64,000 nucleotides of DNA from Pseudomonadota bacterium (lineage in GTDB: Bacteria; Pseudomonadota; Alphaproteobacteria; Paracaedibacterales; CAITNM01), in NCBI GenBank assembly GCA_046309815.1, contig JBKCOJ010000005.1, forward strand, positions 97,404 to 161,403. The letters run 5' to 3'. Shown here in pieces: positions 1 through 10,104 of the stretch (positions are counted from its first letter, which is position 1; every line of letters begins with the position of its first letter). Below the pieces are notes generated by a model. That model saw only the letters and a program-made list of their open reading frames with translations, was not told where the DNA came from and did no database searches. The position numbers and the translations under genes were made by a program.

Positions 1-2
1 CG

Positions 3-602
3 CAAAACATTATTCATGCGAAAAATTTCAACGTCTCGCAAAAGCAATTCAATGATTTAATAATTTTTCAATTTCATAAAAATGGTGAATTCCTAAGAAG
101 AGTAGATGCGAAATCAGCAATATTAACACCTAACCTTTGGCATATGAATGATGTAACTATCATTACCAATCATAAGCAAGAAAATTTTGATAACCATGCA
201 GAACCTACCACCATTACCATGGAGCAGATTCAGCAATCAACCGCCCCACCCGAAACAATCTCATTTTTTCAAATGCCTATTTTTATAAAAATGCTAGAAG
301 AAGCAGGCTTAAATGCAAATGCGTATAAAATGCTCTGGCACCAGCAAATTGCCAAAATCGCCATGATGATGAGTCTAGTATTGCTAGCCTCTAGCTTTTG
401 CTTAGTTTCAACTAGGAATAAATCTTTTGGAATTATTTTTGGAGTTAGCATTATATTTTCGTTTATTATGCATTTTTTTCAGCAGATTATATATGCCTTT
501 GGTATAGCAAATAAAATCCCCATCATTGCAGCAGCTTGGATTCCTTCTGTTATAACTTTTATTAGCGCCTATTGGTTAAATATTGTTTTAGATGACCGTT
601 AA
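3..602 (+). CDS. LptF/LptG (YjgP/YjgQ) family LPS-export permease, C-terminal part; the 5' end lies outside the window
   Basis: The frame is open from the window edge (QNIIHAKNFNVSQKQF...) into the listed 144..602 ORF. The hydrophobic multi-TM C-terminus (...SLVLLASSFCLV..., IPIIAAAWIPSVITFISAYWL) is typical of this family. Confidence 0.6.
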   Translation, partial: QNIIHAKNFNVSQKQFNDLIIFQFHKNGEFLRRVDAKSAILTPNLWHMNDVTIITNHKQENFDNHAEPTTITMEQIQQSTAPPETISFFQMPIFIKMLEEAGLNANAYKMLWHQQIAKIAMMMSLVLLASSFCLVSTRNKSFGIIFGVSIIFSFIMHFFQQIIYAFGIANKIPIIAAAWIPSVITFISAYWLNIVLDDR

Positions 603-603
603 G

Positions 604-1959
604 CTAAGCTTTTTTTAATCCCAACGTGTAGCAGTTTCGTCTTTCTTGTGAAGAAGGAATTTTAAGAATTTTTCGATATTTAGAAATTGTTCTTCTTGCA
701 ACAAGCATTCCTTTTTCACTAAGCTTTCCAACCAATTGCTCATCAGATAGGGGAGCCTTCTGCGATTCATGCTTTACCAGATCAACAATTGCATTTTGAA
801 CAGATTTTGCAGAAACGTCCTCTGTTCCTTCAGAAATCGATCTAATTGATTGACTAAAGAAGAATTTTAATTCAAACGTGCCTCTAGGAGTACTCACATA
901 TTTTGCTGTGGTAATTCTGCTGACTGTACTTTCATGCATATCTAACTGATCTGCAATTGTTTTTAAGGTTAAGGATTTTAATCCAAGAATTCCTTTTGAA
1001 AAAAACTCTTGCTGATGCTGGGCTATTGCATTGCCAACACGTTTTAGCGTCATCAATCGCTGGTTCAGGGCTTGCATCAGCCAATTTGCATGGGCAAATT
1101 TTGCTTGTAAAAATTGTTTTTCTTCTGGCTTTACTAATTTATCGCGCAACTCATGGTAGTATGAACTATTTAATAATACTTGAGGAATAGCACTCACATT
1201 AAGCTCAAAAACAAACTGATTATTTTCATTTTTTCGAATAAAGCCATCTGGAATTACGTGATCTTGGTCAACGTTTGTCAAAAAGCTAGAAGATGGGCGA
1301 GGATTTAGCTCTCGCAGAACTGCTAAACAGTTTTGCAACTGACTAATGTCTAAATTACATTTTCGTGCAAGCACATTAGGATTTTCTTGCAACAAGCTTT
1401 CAAGATTAATCAATAAGACATCTATTTCATCAGTTAATGCGTTTTTTTCCCTAAGCTGCACTCTTAAGCATTCTTCAATATTTCTTGAAAATACACCAAC
1501 AGGATCAAATTTTTGCATGATACCTATCATTTTTTCAACAAGATCAAAGCTAACATTAAATTGTTCCGCAATCTCTTGCGCCTCAACATCTAAATATCCG
1601 TGAGAGTTTAGGCAATTAATAAGTACTAGACCAACCTTATATTCGTCTTCATTATCAACTACCAACGAAAGCTGTAATTGCAGATAATCTTGTAGTGTTT
1701 GCTCATAACGCAAACGAGGATTTTGAGTATTTCCTTCTTGCATAGGATCACGTTCAGCAATCTGGAGAGGTTCGCTGACACTATCATTATCATAATCGGA
1801 AGAAAACTCTTGATTACTCTCATCAGCAGCGGTAAAGGACTGCTCATTGCTTTCAGAAATTAATAATGGATTTTCTTCAACTTGCTCATTTATATAAGCA
1901 CTAAGCTCCGTCACTGATAATTGCAACAAACGAATTGCCTGTTGAAGTCTCGGTGTCAT
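604..1959 (-). CDS. rpoN: RNA polymerase sigma-54 factor RpoN (5' end apparently frameshifted, see findings)
   Basis: 451-aa ORF. It starts with the region I motif [15 protein letters not shown] and carries a C-terminal HTH plus RpoN box (ARRTISKYR). The stop is 1 nt from the lptF/G stop (convergent). Confidence 0.95.
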   Translation of the reverse strand: [451 protein letters not shown]

Positions 1960-2131
1960 TGCTAGGGGTTGCAGAAACCCTTGTATCTATGTTTTGTCCT
2001 ATTCTCATAGGGTCCATAATACCTAAAAAATCTTACCAATATGTAAATAGTTATTAAAATTTTAAATAAATAATTATATATATCGATATTTATTAATAAT
2101 GAAAATAATTAAAAATAGGTGACCTGTATTG

Positions 2132-3274
2132 TTATTTTTTTAAAGATTGATAAAAAGCAGCATAGTTTTTAGCGCACTCTATTAGTGTAAAACGTTGCTC
2201 TATTTTTTCTTTACCTGCTGCTCCAAATTTTATGCGAGATTCTGGTGATAAAGCTAATTTTAATAATGAATCTGCTAGCGCTACAGGATTTTTTGACTCA
2301 ACAACAAAGCCTGTGTGCTCATTAGCGACGGCTTCAGCATTGCCACCAACATTTGTTACAACCATAGGCAAGCCCGCCGCCATTCCTTCTAAAATAGCGT
2401 TGGAAAATCCCTCTTCATGAGAGCATAAAATTCCAATATCTGATGCACTTAAAAGTGATGGCGTATCTAGTCTTTTTCCAAGAAATCTCACATGATCTTT
2501 TATGCGTAAAGCTTCTGCTTGCACTTCCAGTTGCTCCTGTATACCAGCATCATAGCCAACACAAAGTAATTTCCATTTTGTAGGCAGCTTTAAATAAATT
2601 CTTCCCAGAGCATTTAAAAGATCTTCATGACCTTTATACGGAATCAGATTAGCAACGATAATAAATATTAAAGATTCTTGGTCGAGGCCCAGACTTTTCC
2701 GCAATTCCTTTTTTGATGGCAAATTTTGAAAGGGAGACAAGTCTATGCCATTATAAACAAGATCAACTTTTTTCTTTTGAAATCCTTCTTCGTACAGTTG
2801 CTCTACTACAGCCTGGCTGTTACCTAAAGCCTTACTGGTAAACTTGTGCATAAAACGCTCCAACTTTCCAAGAAATGGGCGACGTTTTTGATAATTACTT
2901 AAACTCCTGCGGCTCATTATAAAAAAACCGGGAAAGAATGTAAGGCAAGCAGCAACAGCAGTAAATAAATAAGCCTCTGGTAAAAATGCATGACGAATAG
3001 TTCGCCTATCTCTTAAAAAGCCTGTCATAAGCCTAGTTAAGGAAATAATAAAACGAATAATTTTACGTGGAAAGGACGGCATCCGATCAAGATTTGGCCC
3101 GAGGCTAACGCGAATATTCGCTTTATCAAAAATTGGTTTTAAAGGAGCTTTATCAGATAGCACCAGCACACGAACTGATATTCCCATCGATTTAAGAACA
3201 GGCAATACTTGACTTAAGTGGCGTTCAGCTCCCCCTATTTCCAAGCTTCCAATAATAAATTCAATTTCGATCAT
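2132..3274 (-). CDS. Glycosyltransferase family 4 (GT-B fold, GT1 superfamily)
   Basis: N-terminal GSLEIGGAERH and C-terminal EGFSNAILEGMAAGLPMVVTNVGGNAEAV motifs. I prefer the ATG at 3274, which forms an ATGA overlap with the pth stop, over the ORF-track start at 3295. Confidence 0.8.
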   Translation of the reverse strand: MIEIEFIIGSLEIGGAERHLSQVLPVLKSMGISVRVLVLSDKAPLKPIFDKANIRVSLGPNLDRMPSFPRKIIRFIISLTRLMTGFLRDRRTIRHAFLPEAYLFTAVAACLTFFPGFFIMSRRSLSNYQKRRPFLGKLERFMHKFTSKALGNSQAVVEQLYEEGFQKKKVDLVYNGIDLSPFQNLPSKKELRKSLGLDQESLIFIIVANLIPYKGHEDLLNALGRIYLKLPTKWKLLCVGYDAGIQEQLEVQAEALRIKDHVRFLGKRLDTPSLLSASDIGILCSHEEGFSNAILEGMAAGLPMVVTNVGGNAEAVANEHTGFVVESKNPVALADSLLKLALSPESRIKFGAAGKEKIEQRFTLIECAKNYAAFYQSLKK

Positions 3275-3828
3275 GTTGCCAAACGTTTTATCCATTCATC
3301 TGGCTTTTCTGATAGCAAAGAACCAAATTCTTGAGAAATTTTGTTTAAAAGATTTATTAACCAATCATGATCTGCAGAAGGAAATGCAGACAATACATAA
3401 GGTGTAACCAAATGTCTTTCACCAGGGTGTCCAATACCTAATCGCAAGCGCCAATAAGCATTACCAATACATTGATCTATACTTTTAAGCCCATTATGCC
3501 CACCTGCTCCCCCGCCAAATTTTACTTTAACCTGACCTGGAATAAGATCCAGATCATCATGAATTACAATAAGCTGCTCGGGTTTAAGTTTATAAAAAGC
3601 CATGATCTGCTGTACTGCTTGACCGGATAAATTCATAAATGTTTGCGGTTTTAAGAGCCCTACCGGCATATTGTTAATTTTATGCTCACTGTATTCGCTT
3701 TTAAATTTTTTTGAAAAACTAGGAAAATTATAAGAACGAGCCACAGCATCGATAACCATAAAACCAATGTTGTGACGCGTCATCAAATATTGTTGGCCTG
3801 GATTTCCCAGACCAACGCATAATAACAT
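3271..3828 (-). CDS. pth: Peptidyl-tRNA hydrolase
   Basis: MLLCVGLGNPGQQYLMTRHNIGFMVID; typical length of 185 aa; canonical pth-rplY adjacency. Confidence 0.95.
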   Translation of the reverse strand: MLLCVGLGNPGQQYLMTRHNIGFMVIDAVARSYNFPSFSKKFKSEYSEHKINNMPVGLLKPQTFMNLSGQAVQQIMAFYKLKPEQLIVIHDDLDLIPGQVKVKFGGGAGGHNGLKSIDQCIGNAYWRLRLGIGHPGERHLVTPYVLSAFPSADHDWLINLLNKISQEFGSLLSEKPDEWIKRLAT

Positions 3829-3838
3829 AATAAACTGC

Positions 3839-4456
3839 CTAAGCTTCTGGCGCTGCTTCTACTGCAGTCTCTTGGCTCTCTTCTTCGCTGCCACTTGGAG
3901 GAACAATAGTAACAAGAGTGTAGTCACGAGAAGCATGTGCTGCCTTTACTCCACTTGGCAACTCAATTGAATCAAGATGTACGCTTTGGTTAATATTCAT
4001 GCCTGTCAAATCGATCGTGATTTTCTCAGGTATTGAATGTGCTGGGCAAACAACTTCGAGGTTATGAATAATAATGTTTAGCATGCCGCCAAGCTTTATT
4101 CCAGGCGCTTTATCTTCATTAATATATTCAACGGGAATTGAAACATGAATTTTTGAATCTTTATCCACGCGCTGAAAATCTACATGCAACGCAATATCTG
4201 TTACTGGATGAAATTGTACATCACGGGCAATTACTTGCACCTTAGATTTACCCATATCCATTGTGTAAACGCGACTAAAAAACCCTGGTCGTTGCAGCTC
4301 AAGATTCACATTTTTCAGGTCAATCGCTATAGACAAGGGCTCATCCTTGCCACCATAAATGATACCCGGTATTTTCCCTTCACGGCGCAAAGCGCGAGCA
4401 ACTCCTGTGCCTGTACCTTGGCGTTCTTCAGCTTGCAATGCGTTGGCTTGTGCCAT
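3839..4456 (-). CDS. rplY: 50S ribosomal protein L25 / general stress protein Ctc
   Basis: GTGVARALRREGKIPGIIYGG N-terminus, long Ctc-type form with an acidic tail, AGGAG RBS upstream. Confidence 0.93.
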   Translation of the reverse strand: MAQANALQAEERQGTGTGVARALRREGKIPGIIYGGKDEPLSIAIDLKNVNLELQRPGFFSRVYTMDMGKSKVQVIARDVQFHPVTDIALHVDFQRVDKDSKIHVSIPVEYINEDKAPGIKLGGMLNIIIHNLEVVCPAHSIPEKITIDLTGMNINQSVHLDSIELPSGVKAAHASRDYTLVTIVPPSGSEEESQETAVEAAPEA

Positions 4457-4726
4457 GATAACTCCTAAAATTTTTATATTTCAAATTATATTAGCTATTT
4501 CTACAGATTTTTCATTTTTTTTTCAAGGCAATTTTGTGAAAATCGACCAAACTACCTAAAGGAAACTTGTTTTTAGCATCATTTTTTGATATCATAAAAC
4601 TTATAAATTACAAGTATCAAAAAACGTTGAAGCGCATACTTCCTACTCGATAATAAGCCCAGTCTCTCCCTTCGTTTTAGAAGGGTTGATGTTGTATTGC
4701 TCAAATTTTCAAGTATAGGATGTTTT

Positions 4727-5926
4727 ATGATAAATGTTTCAACGCCAGCACTTTGGCTAATCGTTCTTATCGTTGGGTTACCCCAGCTTTCAGAAACTGT
4801 TTACACCCCTTCTCTACCAGCAATTGCTGAAACCTTAAAAGTAAAAGATGAATGGGTAGAGTATACTCTCACCATTTACCTGCTCAGTTTTGGCCTAGGC
4901 ACTTTATTTTGGGGAATATTATCTGATAAAAAAGGTAGAAAACCTTGCATGTTAACGGGCTTCCTTTTCTATATATTAGGGTCTTTAGGCTGCTATTTCT
5001 CTGATTCGTATTTCTTATTGATGTTAAGTCGCTTTATCCAAGGTTTTGGAGGCAGCGTAGGCAGCATACTAGGCCAAGCCGTTTGTCGTGATTCTTTTCA
5101 CGGACCTTCCTTAGGCAAAGCATATTCATTGATCGGTTGCAGTCTAGCATTTTTCCCTGCTCTTGGGCCTTTGGTCGGAGGATTTATCACCCAACAATGG
5201 GGATGGCCAATCATTTTCCTATTTTTAATTATTTTTGGGGGTTCTGTAAGCATAGTGACTTTTTTTAAACTACCCGAAACCCTTAATCAGAGTAATAAGA
5301 AATTACTAAAACTCCTTCCTTTATTTTTACAGCTTTCTAAAGATTCTAAGGTGTTAGGTCATGGATTATTAGTAGCAGGATGCTGCGGAATAAGCTTTAG
5401 CTACTACGCTGAGGGACCCTTTTATTTCATTGAATTTTTAGGGCTTTCCCCAAGCGAATATGGCCAAACCTTCTTACTTATCGCAATTATTAGCGTGATT
5501 GGAAGCTTAATATCAAAGAAACTTCAGGATCACTATAAGCCAGAAAAAATAGTGAAGTATGGGATTATACTAATGATAACTGTAAGCTTCATATGGGTAG
5601 CTTTGACGCTTTGCTTAACCTTTATAAAGTTCTCCCCTAATTTAATAATCGCCATCAGCTTAGCTTGCATTGCCGGCATTATGGCTGGGATTGCTATAGT
5701 CACTCCAAATACTCTTGCTTTAGCATTAAAGGGCTATAAGCATTCCATAGGTAGCGCCTCTTCTTTATTTGGCTTTTATTATTATACTCTGATTTCACTT
5801 TTCACTTTTGGTATGGGCGTCGCACACAACGGTACGCTTTTACCCATGCCCTTATACTTCTTAATGATTTCAGGAATAATGTTAATTGCATTTCGTTTTA
5901 TTCTTCTGAAGAGATCCACTAATTAA
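4727..5926 (+). CDS. MFS transporter, Bcr/CflA (DHA1) subfamily
   Basis: 12-TM profile with ETVYTPSLPAIAETL and LSDKKGRKP motifs. The ATG at 4727 is preferred over the TTG at 4697. Confidence 0.8.
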   Translation: MINVSTPALWLIVLIVGLPQLSETVYTPSLPAIAETLKVKDEWVEYTLTIYLLSFGLGTLFWGILSDKKGRKPCMLTGFLFYILGSLGCYFSDSYFLLMLSRFIQGFGGSVGSILGQAVCRDSFHGPSLGKAYSLIGCSLAFFPALGPLVGGFITQQWGWPIIFLFLIIFGGSVSIVTFFKLPETLNQSNKKLLKLLPLFLQLSKDSKVLGHGLLVAGCCGISFSYYAEGPFYFIEFLGLSPSEYGQTFLLIAIISVIGSLISKKLQDHYKPEKIVKYGIILMITVSFIWVALTLCLTFIKFSPNLIIAISLACIAGIMAGIAIVTPNTLALALKGYKHSIGSASSLFGFYYYTLISLFTFGMGVAHNGTLLPMPLYFLMISGIMLIAFRFILLKRSTN

Positions 5927-6046
5927 TAAAAATACCTCTCTTGTCTAGCACAGGAGAGGCATAAACTTGCCTGGATAAGACTACTGTGTTAGCCTTAACT
6001 ACTCTATGGGTTGCACAACTCAACCTTCTTCAAACTTAAGAGAATT

Positions 6047-7336
6047 ATGCAATTTTTAACTTTATTTTCTCCTATATTCTTGTTCCTAGGCCTTTTTGTT
6101 GGAAGTGGACTTCTCTTTACTTGGCAAGGAATTGAGCAAGCCTTTTACCAGATTGCCCCAACAGTTGCTATTCTGCCAGCTATTTTATTGGCTTTTCTCT
6201 TACTAAAAGAGCCTATGCAAGAACGCCTGCATAGCTTTTTAGATGGCTTGCGTCATCGAGATATTGTAACCATGTGCCTTATCTTCTTACTTGCTGGTGC
6301 TTTTAATGTGGTTACAAAATCCATAGGGTGTGTCGATGCAACCGTTAATCTAGTGCTATCTCTAATTCCAAGTCATTTTGTTTTGATTGGACTATTTTTA
6401 ACCGCAGCTTTTATTTCAACAGCAATTGGAACATCAATGGGCACCATTGCTACTATGGGACCCATTGCAGTTGGTATCGCTAATCATGGAGTATTACCAG
6501 TAGACTTGAGCATTGCAACCGTTGTAGGTGGATCTATGTTTGGAGACAGTCTATCTCCTGTTGGCGATACCACCATCGCTGCCGTTCTTTCACAAGAGGC
6601 TGACTTTCGTAAAAAACTAATTCTAAATTCGATTGTTGCATGCATTGCTGCTGTTATTATGCTAGGCATTTTATGGTTTATTCACACCTCCACAACAGAA
6701 ATTGCACTCAGTGATTATCGATTAATTCTTATCGTCCCTTATATTACGCTAGTCTTAATGGCCTTCGCTGGATTCAATGTATTCCAGGTATTAATCTCAG
6801 GATTAATCATTGCTGGACTAATTGGTTTTTTCTGCAATGAATACAGTGTTGTAAATTTTTCAAAAGATATTGCAAAAGGCTTTGAAAGCATGCAAGAAAT
6901 TTTTCTTCTCTCTCTCTTTGTAGGGGGTCTTGCAGGAATGCTTAGAAGCTTAGGGACAATGCACTATGTAACTGATTTCATTGGGAAAGCACATCATTTA
7001 AGCAAACGTTCAGCTCAGCTAGTAATTGGTGCTATTGTATCAGTCTTTGATGTGCTAATTGCAAATAATTGCGTGGCAATTATTTTCAGTGGAGAAATTG
7101 CTAAAACGATTGCTCATCGTTACAAGATCCCCAATCATTATACAGCAGCCTGGCTTGATATTTTCTCTTGTGTTTTTCAAGGAATTATTCCTTATGGGGC
7201 GCAAATTCTTCTCGCAAGCACTTTATCAGGGGTATCGCCATTAACAATAGCTGGGCAAGTTTATTATTGTTATATTCTTGGAGCTGTTGTTATTATTTAT
7301 ATTGTTTTGATGCCAATTAAAAAGGAAATTAAATAA
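6047..7336 (+). CDS. NhaC-family Na+/H+ (or metabolite) antiporter
   Basis: Polytopic membrane protein. AFISTAIGTSMGTIATMGPIA and GGSMFGDSLSPVGDTTI resemble the NhaC family. The ATG at 6047 is preferred over the alternative start at 6011. Confidence 0.7.
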   Translation: MQFLTLFSPIFLFLGLFVGSGLLFTWQGIEQAFYQIAPTVAILPAILLAFLLLKEPMQERLHSFLDGLRHRDIVTMCLIFLLAGAFNVVTKSIGCVDATVNLVLSLIPSHFVLIGLFLTAAFISTAIGTSMGTIATMGPIAVGIANHGVLPVDLSIATVVGGSMFGDSLSPVGDTTIAAVLSQEADFRKKLILNSIVACIAAVIMLGILWFIHTSTTEIALSDYRLILIVPYITLVLMAFAGFNVFQVLISGLIIAGLIGFFCNEYSVVNFSKDIAKGFESMQEIFLLSLFVGGLAGMLRSLGTMHYVTDFIGKAHHLSKRSAQLVIGAIVSVFDVLIANNCVAIIFSGEIAKTIAHRYKIPNHYTAAWLDIFSCVFQGIIPYGAQILLASTLSGVSPLTIAGQVYYCYILGAVVIIYIVLMPIKKEIK

Positions 7337-7339
7337 CCA

Positions 7340-8494
7340 ATGCTGTTTGTCGCTGTTATTTTTATTCTTTTTCTCGCAGGTATGGAAGTTGATATTTTCA
7401 TTCCAAGCTACCCTGAGCTTCAGCAACAATTTAATTTATCTCCGGCCACCGTGCAGCTTTGCTTAAGTTTAAATTTTCTTACTTATTGCATCGGCTCTTT
7501 ATATGCGGGTGCTTTCGGAGATCGCTATGGGCTACGTCGTGTTATTTTGTCAGGACTATTAGTCTTTATTGCTGGAAGCATTTTCTGCAGTTTTGCAAAC
7601 GATTTCTGTTCTATTTTAATTGGAAGAGCATTACAAGGACTAGGTATGGCTGCCCCCGCATCTCTTGGTTATGTTGTAATTTGTGAACAATATCCTGCTG
7701 AAAACCAAGCTGCCATGCTTGGAACACTCAACGGCATTATTACCGTAGGAATGGCTTTGGCTCCTGTTATTGGAAGTTACGTTACTCTGTATGCAGGTTG
7801 GCGTGGAAATTTCGTTATATTACTTGCGCTCGCATTAATAGCATTACTAGCGTGTGTGTTCGTAATGCCATGCGATCATCGCAATAACAAAGATGTTTCT
7901 CTACCCTTAATATCGTACAAGTCTGTCGTCATTTCAAAATCTTACTGGGCTTTATTATCTATTATTTTTGCCTATGCATGTTCTTACTGGATATTCATTG
8001 GTATGGGATCTATTCTTTATATTGAAGGTTTTGGTATCCCACTTTCTGAGTTTGGTTTTTATCAGGGAGCCATCGCTGGATCTTTTGGACTTATTAGTTT
8101 CCTCAGCCCAAAATTCCTTAGTAAAATTGGTCATCGAAAATGCTTAAACATATCTGTGATTGTGGCCACCATGGTGGCAATAGCTCTCGGCTTAGTTGCT
8201 TTAACTGGTTTAAATAACCCATTATTAATCACTGGACTTATGTGTGTATTTGCAATGTTTATCGTTATGCCTGTCAACATTTTATATCCAATTTTATTGG
8301 ATGTAGTGCCGGATACAAAATCTCGCGCTGCTGCTCTTGGAAATGTTATGAGACTTGTAATTTCTGCAGTTTTCATTGAATTAGTAAGCTATGCCTACAA
8401 TGGAACCTTCTTTCATCTAGGCCTAGTGCTCTTTGTGTTCTCAATGGTTGGTTTTTTCCTCGCGCGATCTAAATTTATTTCTCATCTGGTGTAA
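7340..8494 (+). CDS. MFS transporter, Bcr/CflA-like (second copy)
   Basis: DIFIPSYPELQQQF and GAFGDRYGLRRV motifs with multiple TM segments. Confidence 0.75.
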   Translation: MLFVAVIFILFLAGMEVDIFIPSYPELQQQFNLSPATVQLCLSLNFLTYCIGSLYAGAFGDRYGLRRVILSGLLVFIAGSIFCSFANDFCSILIGRALQGLGMAAPASLGYVVICEQYPAENQAAMLGTLNGIITVGMALAPVIGSYVTLYAGWRGNFVILLALALIALLACVFVMPCDHRNNKDVSLPLISYKSVVISKSYWALLSIIFAYACSYWIFIGMGSILYIEGFGIPLSEFGFYQGAIAGSFGLISFLSPKFLSKIGHRKCLNISVIVATMVAIALGLVALTGLNNPLLITGLMCVFAMFIVMPVNILYPILLDVVPDTKSRAAALGNVMRLVISAVFIELVSYAYNGTFFHLGLVLFVFSMVGFFLARSKFISHLV

Positions 8495-9842
8495 AAGGAA
8501 ATAACAATCCTTTACCCTCAGGTGAAAAAGCCATTTGGTCAGAGTCCCTTGGAAAATGAGGAGACCCTGAAATAGCCTCTTCTGAATGATACGGCGCTAG
8601 CTTTCCAAGATGACGGACTGCAGTTTCTATTGCTACTAACGATTCTCGGTATTTATCAGTGGGCACATATTCTACCCTCCAGGCACCAGTCTCCATAGCT
8701 TTCCTGCTAGGGTAAAGATCTTTAACTTTCCCCCATATATCTTTAAGGTTATTTTTTGAGTGCCCTGTGTCATTTTGCATTTCTGCATCTACCACCAAAT
8801 GCTCTGGCCTGCAAACAGGAGAAGGGGCCCTAAATAATAACATAGGCTTACTTCTTTTTTCAGAACCTAAGTCGATGGCACCTATACAAAAGCTCCCGCT
8901 CCTAAAATTATTACCAATAGATTTAAAATTTGACGGCTCTACATAGGCAATAATTCCATCAAATTGCAAATCCGTTTTTTCTACAGGCAACTCTGACCCT
9001 TCATTAATCACATGCACATTTTGTTTTTTCCACCTTGGTACGAGGCAAGAATTGAAAAGACCCACAGCAGTTTGACCTACACGCATACTTTGGAATCGCT
9101 TATCCACCATAGTACTACGTTCTGACGTTCCTTTGTAACATACCACATCACTTTCATCGATATTAGCGAGCCATATATCGCCAAGAACTTCTGTAGACCG
9201 ATCACTCATGGCGCCCAGAATTGTGTAAGTCACTGAAGATGGAAAATGTGGCTCACCATCTCCATCGTCATAAATTCCATCGGGTAATTCATAAAATAAT
9301 GGCATTAACGGATTAGGCAAAAAATTATACATTTGATATAGATGATTTATTTTTCTTGAAAATTTCTCTCTTGTGCCATATTTCCTTGTAAGAAAGGCAT
9401 ACCCATCTCCTCCTTCTTTCTCTACACTCTCTAGATAGGCCGTATTGATTTCAACAAGTCTATCGTAATCATCTGGGTGAGTTGGTGTTAAGATTAAATG
9501 GGTGATTCTCTTTGACGAGATTAAAGAAGAACTAGCAATATTGTCAGCGCCTGGAAAAGGGACAACAATAGCAAATGGCCTACGTTGATTTGCAATCAAT
9601 TGATCTTTTATAAAACTAGGAATTTCATCAGTAATGAAGTCAGCAGTTGTGAGTATAATTGATCTGGAGCCCAATTCATGCACGTGACGAGTGGGAGATT
9701 GTTCAACAGCTCTTTTCACTGCTCTCACAGTTTCAGGAGTAAAAACCTTATTATCGCCAGTTTTTCTTGCTGGTGTTTTAAAGCTTGAAGCATCTTTTTT
9801 TCCAGCTCTTTCAGGGCTTGAGGGTTCTTCCATTGCTTGCAC
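8475..9842 (-). CDS. Hypothetical protein with no recognisable domain and a basic Ser/Pro/Lys-rich N-terminus
   Basis: 455-aa uninterrupted ORF (GTG at 9842 or ATG at 9833). No signal peptide or TM segment. Its 3' end overlaps the MFS gene by 20 nt. Confidence 0.6.
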   Translation of the reverse strand: MQAMEEPSSPERAGKKDASSFKTPARKTGDNKVFTPETVRAVKRAVEQSPTRHVHELGSRSIILTTADFITDEIPSFIKDQLIANQRRPFAIVVPFPGADNIASSSLISSKRITHLILTPTHPDDYDRLVEINTAYLESVEKEGGDGYAFLTRKYGTREKFSRKINHLYQMYNFLPNPLMPLFYELPDGIYDDGDGEPHFPSSVTYTILGAMSDRSTEVLGDIWLANIDESDVVCYKGTSERSTMVDKRFQSMRVGQTAVGLFNSCLVPRWKKQNVHVINEGSELPVEKTDLQFDGIIAYVEPSNFKSIGNNFRSGSFCIGAIDLGSEKRSKPMLLFRAPSPVCRPEHLVVDAEMQNDTGHSKNNLKDIWGKVKDLYPSRKAMETGAWRVEYVPTDKYRESLVAIETAVRHLGKLAPYHSEEAISGSPHFPRDSDQMAFSPEGKGLLFPFTPDEK

Positions 9843-10104
9843 TTTTAAAACGAAAATACCAATAAATAAAACAAATAAAAATTTTATAACTAAAGATTCT
9901 TAAAGAATTCATGTGCGTAATATAATAAGTCTTGTTGATTAATAAAAGATTAAAATTTAATTACAAATATAAAAAAATTTATGATGCTCTAAAGCATCAC
10001 TACACTTATCAACAGACCTACAAAAAGAACCTATGAATAACCCAACCTCTAGTCAAATATCCCGAAACGTTTTATTATTTGTTATCAATCTATGTAATTA
10101 CTCA

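Noticed and set aside
336-352. TGGCAC...TTGC sigma-54 promoter-like string
   Set aside because: The GG-to-GC spacing is 12 nt, not the required 10, and the string lies inside the lptF/G coding region.
5935-5959. Hairpin cctctc-N13-gagagg after the first MFS gene
   Set aside because: The stem is short, the loop is large and no T-tract follows, so it is not convincing as an intrinsic terminator.
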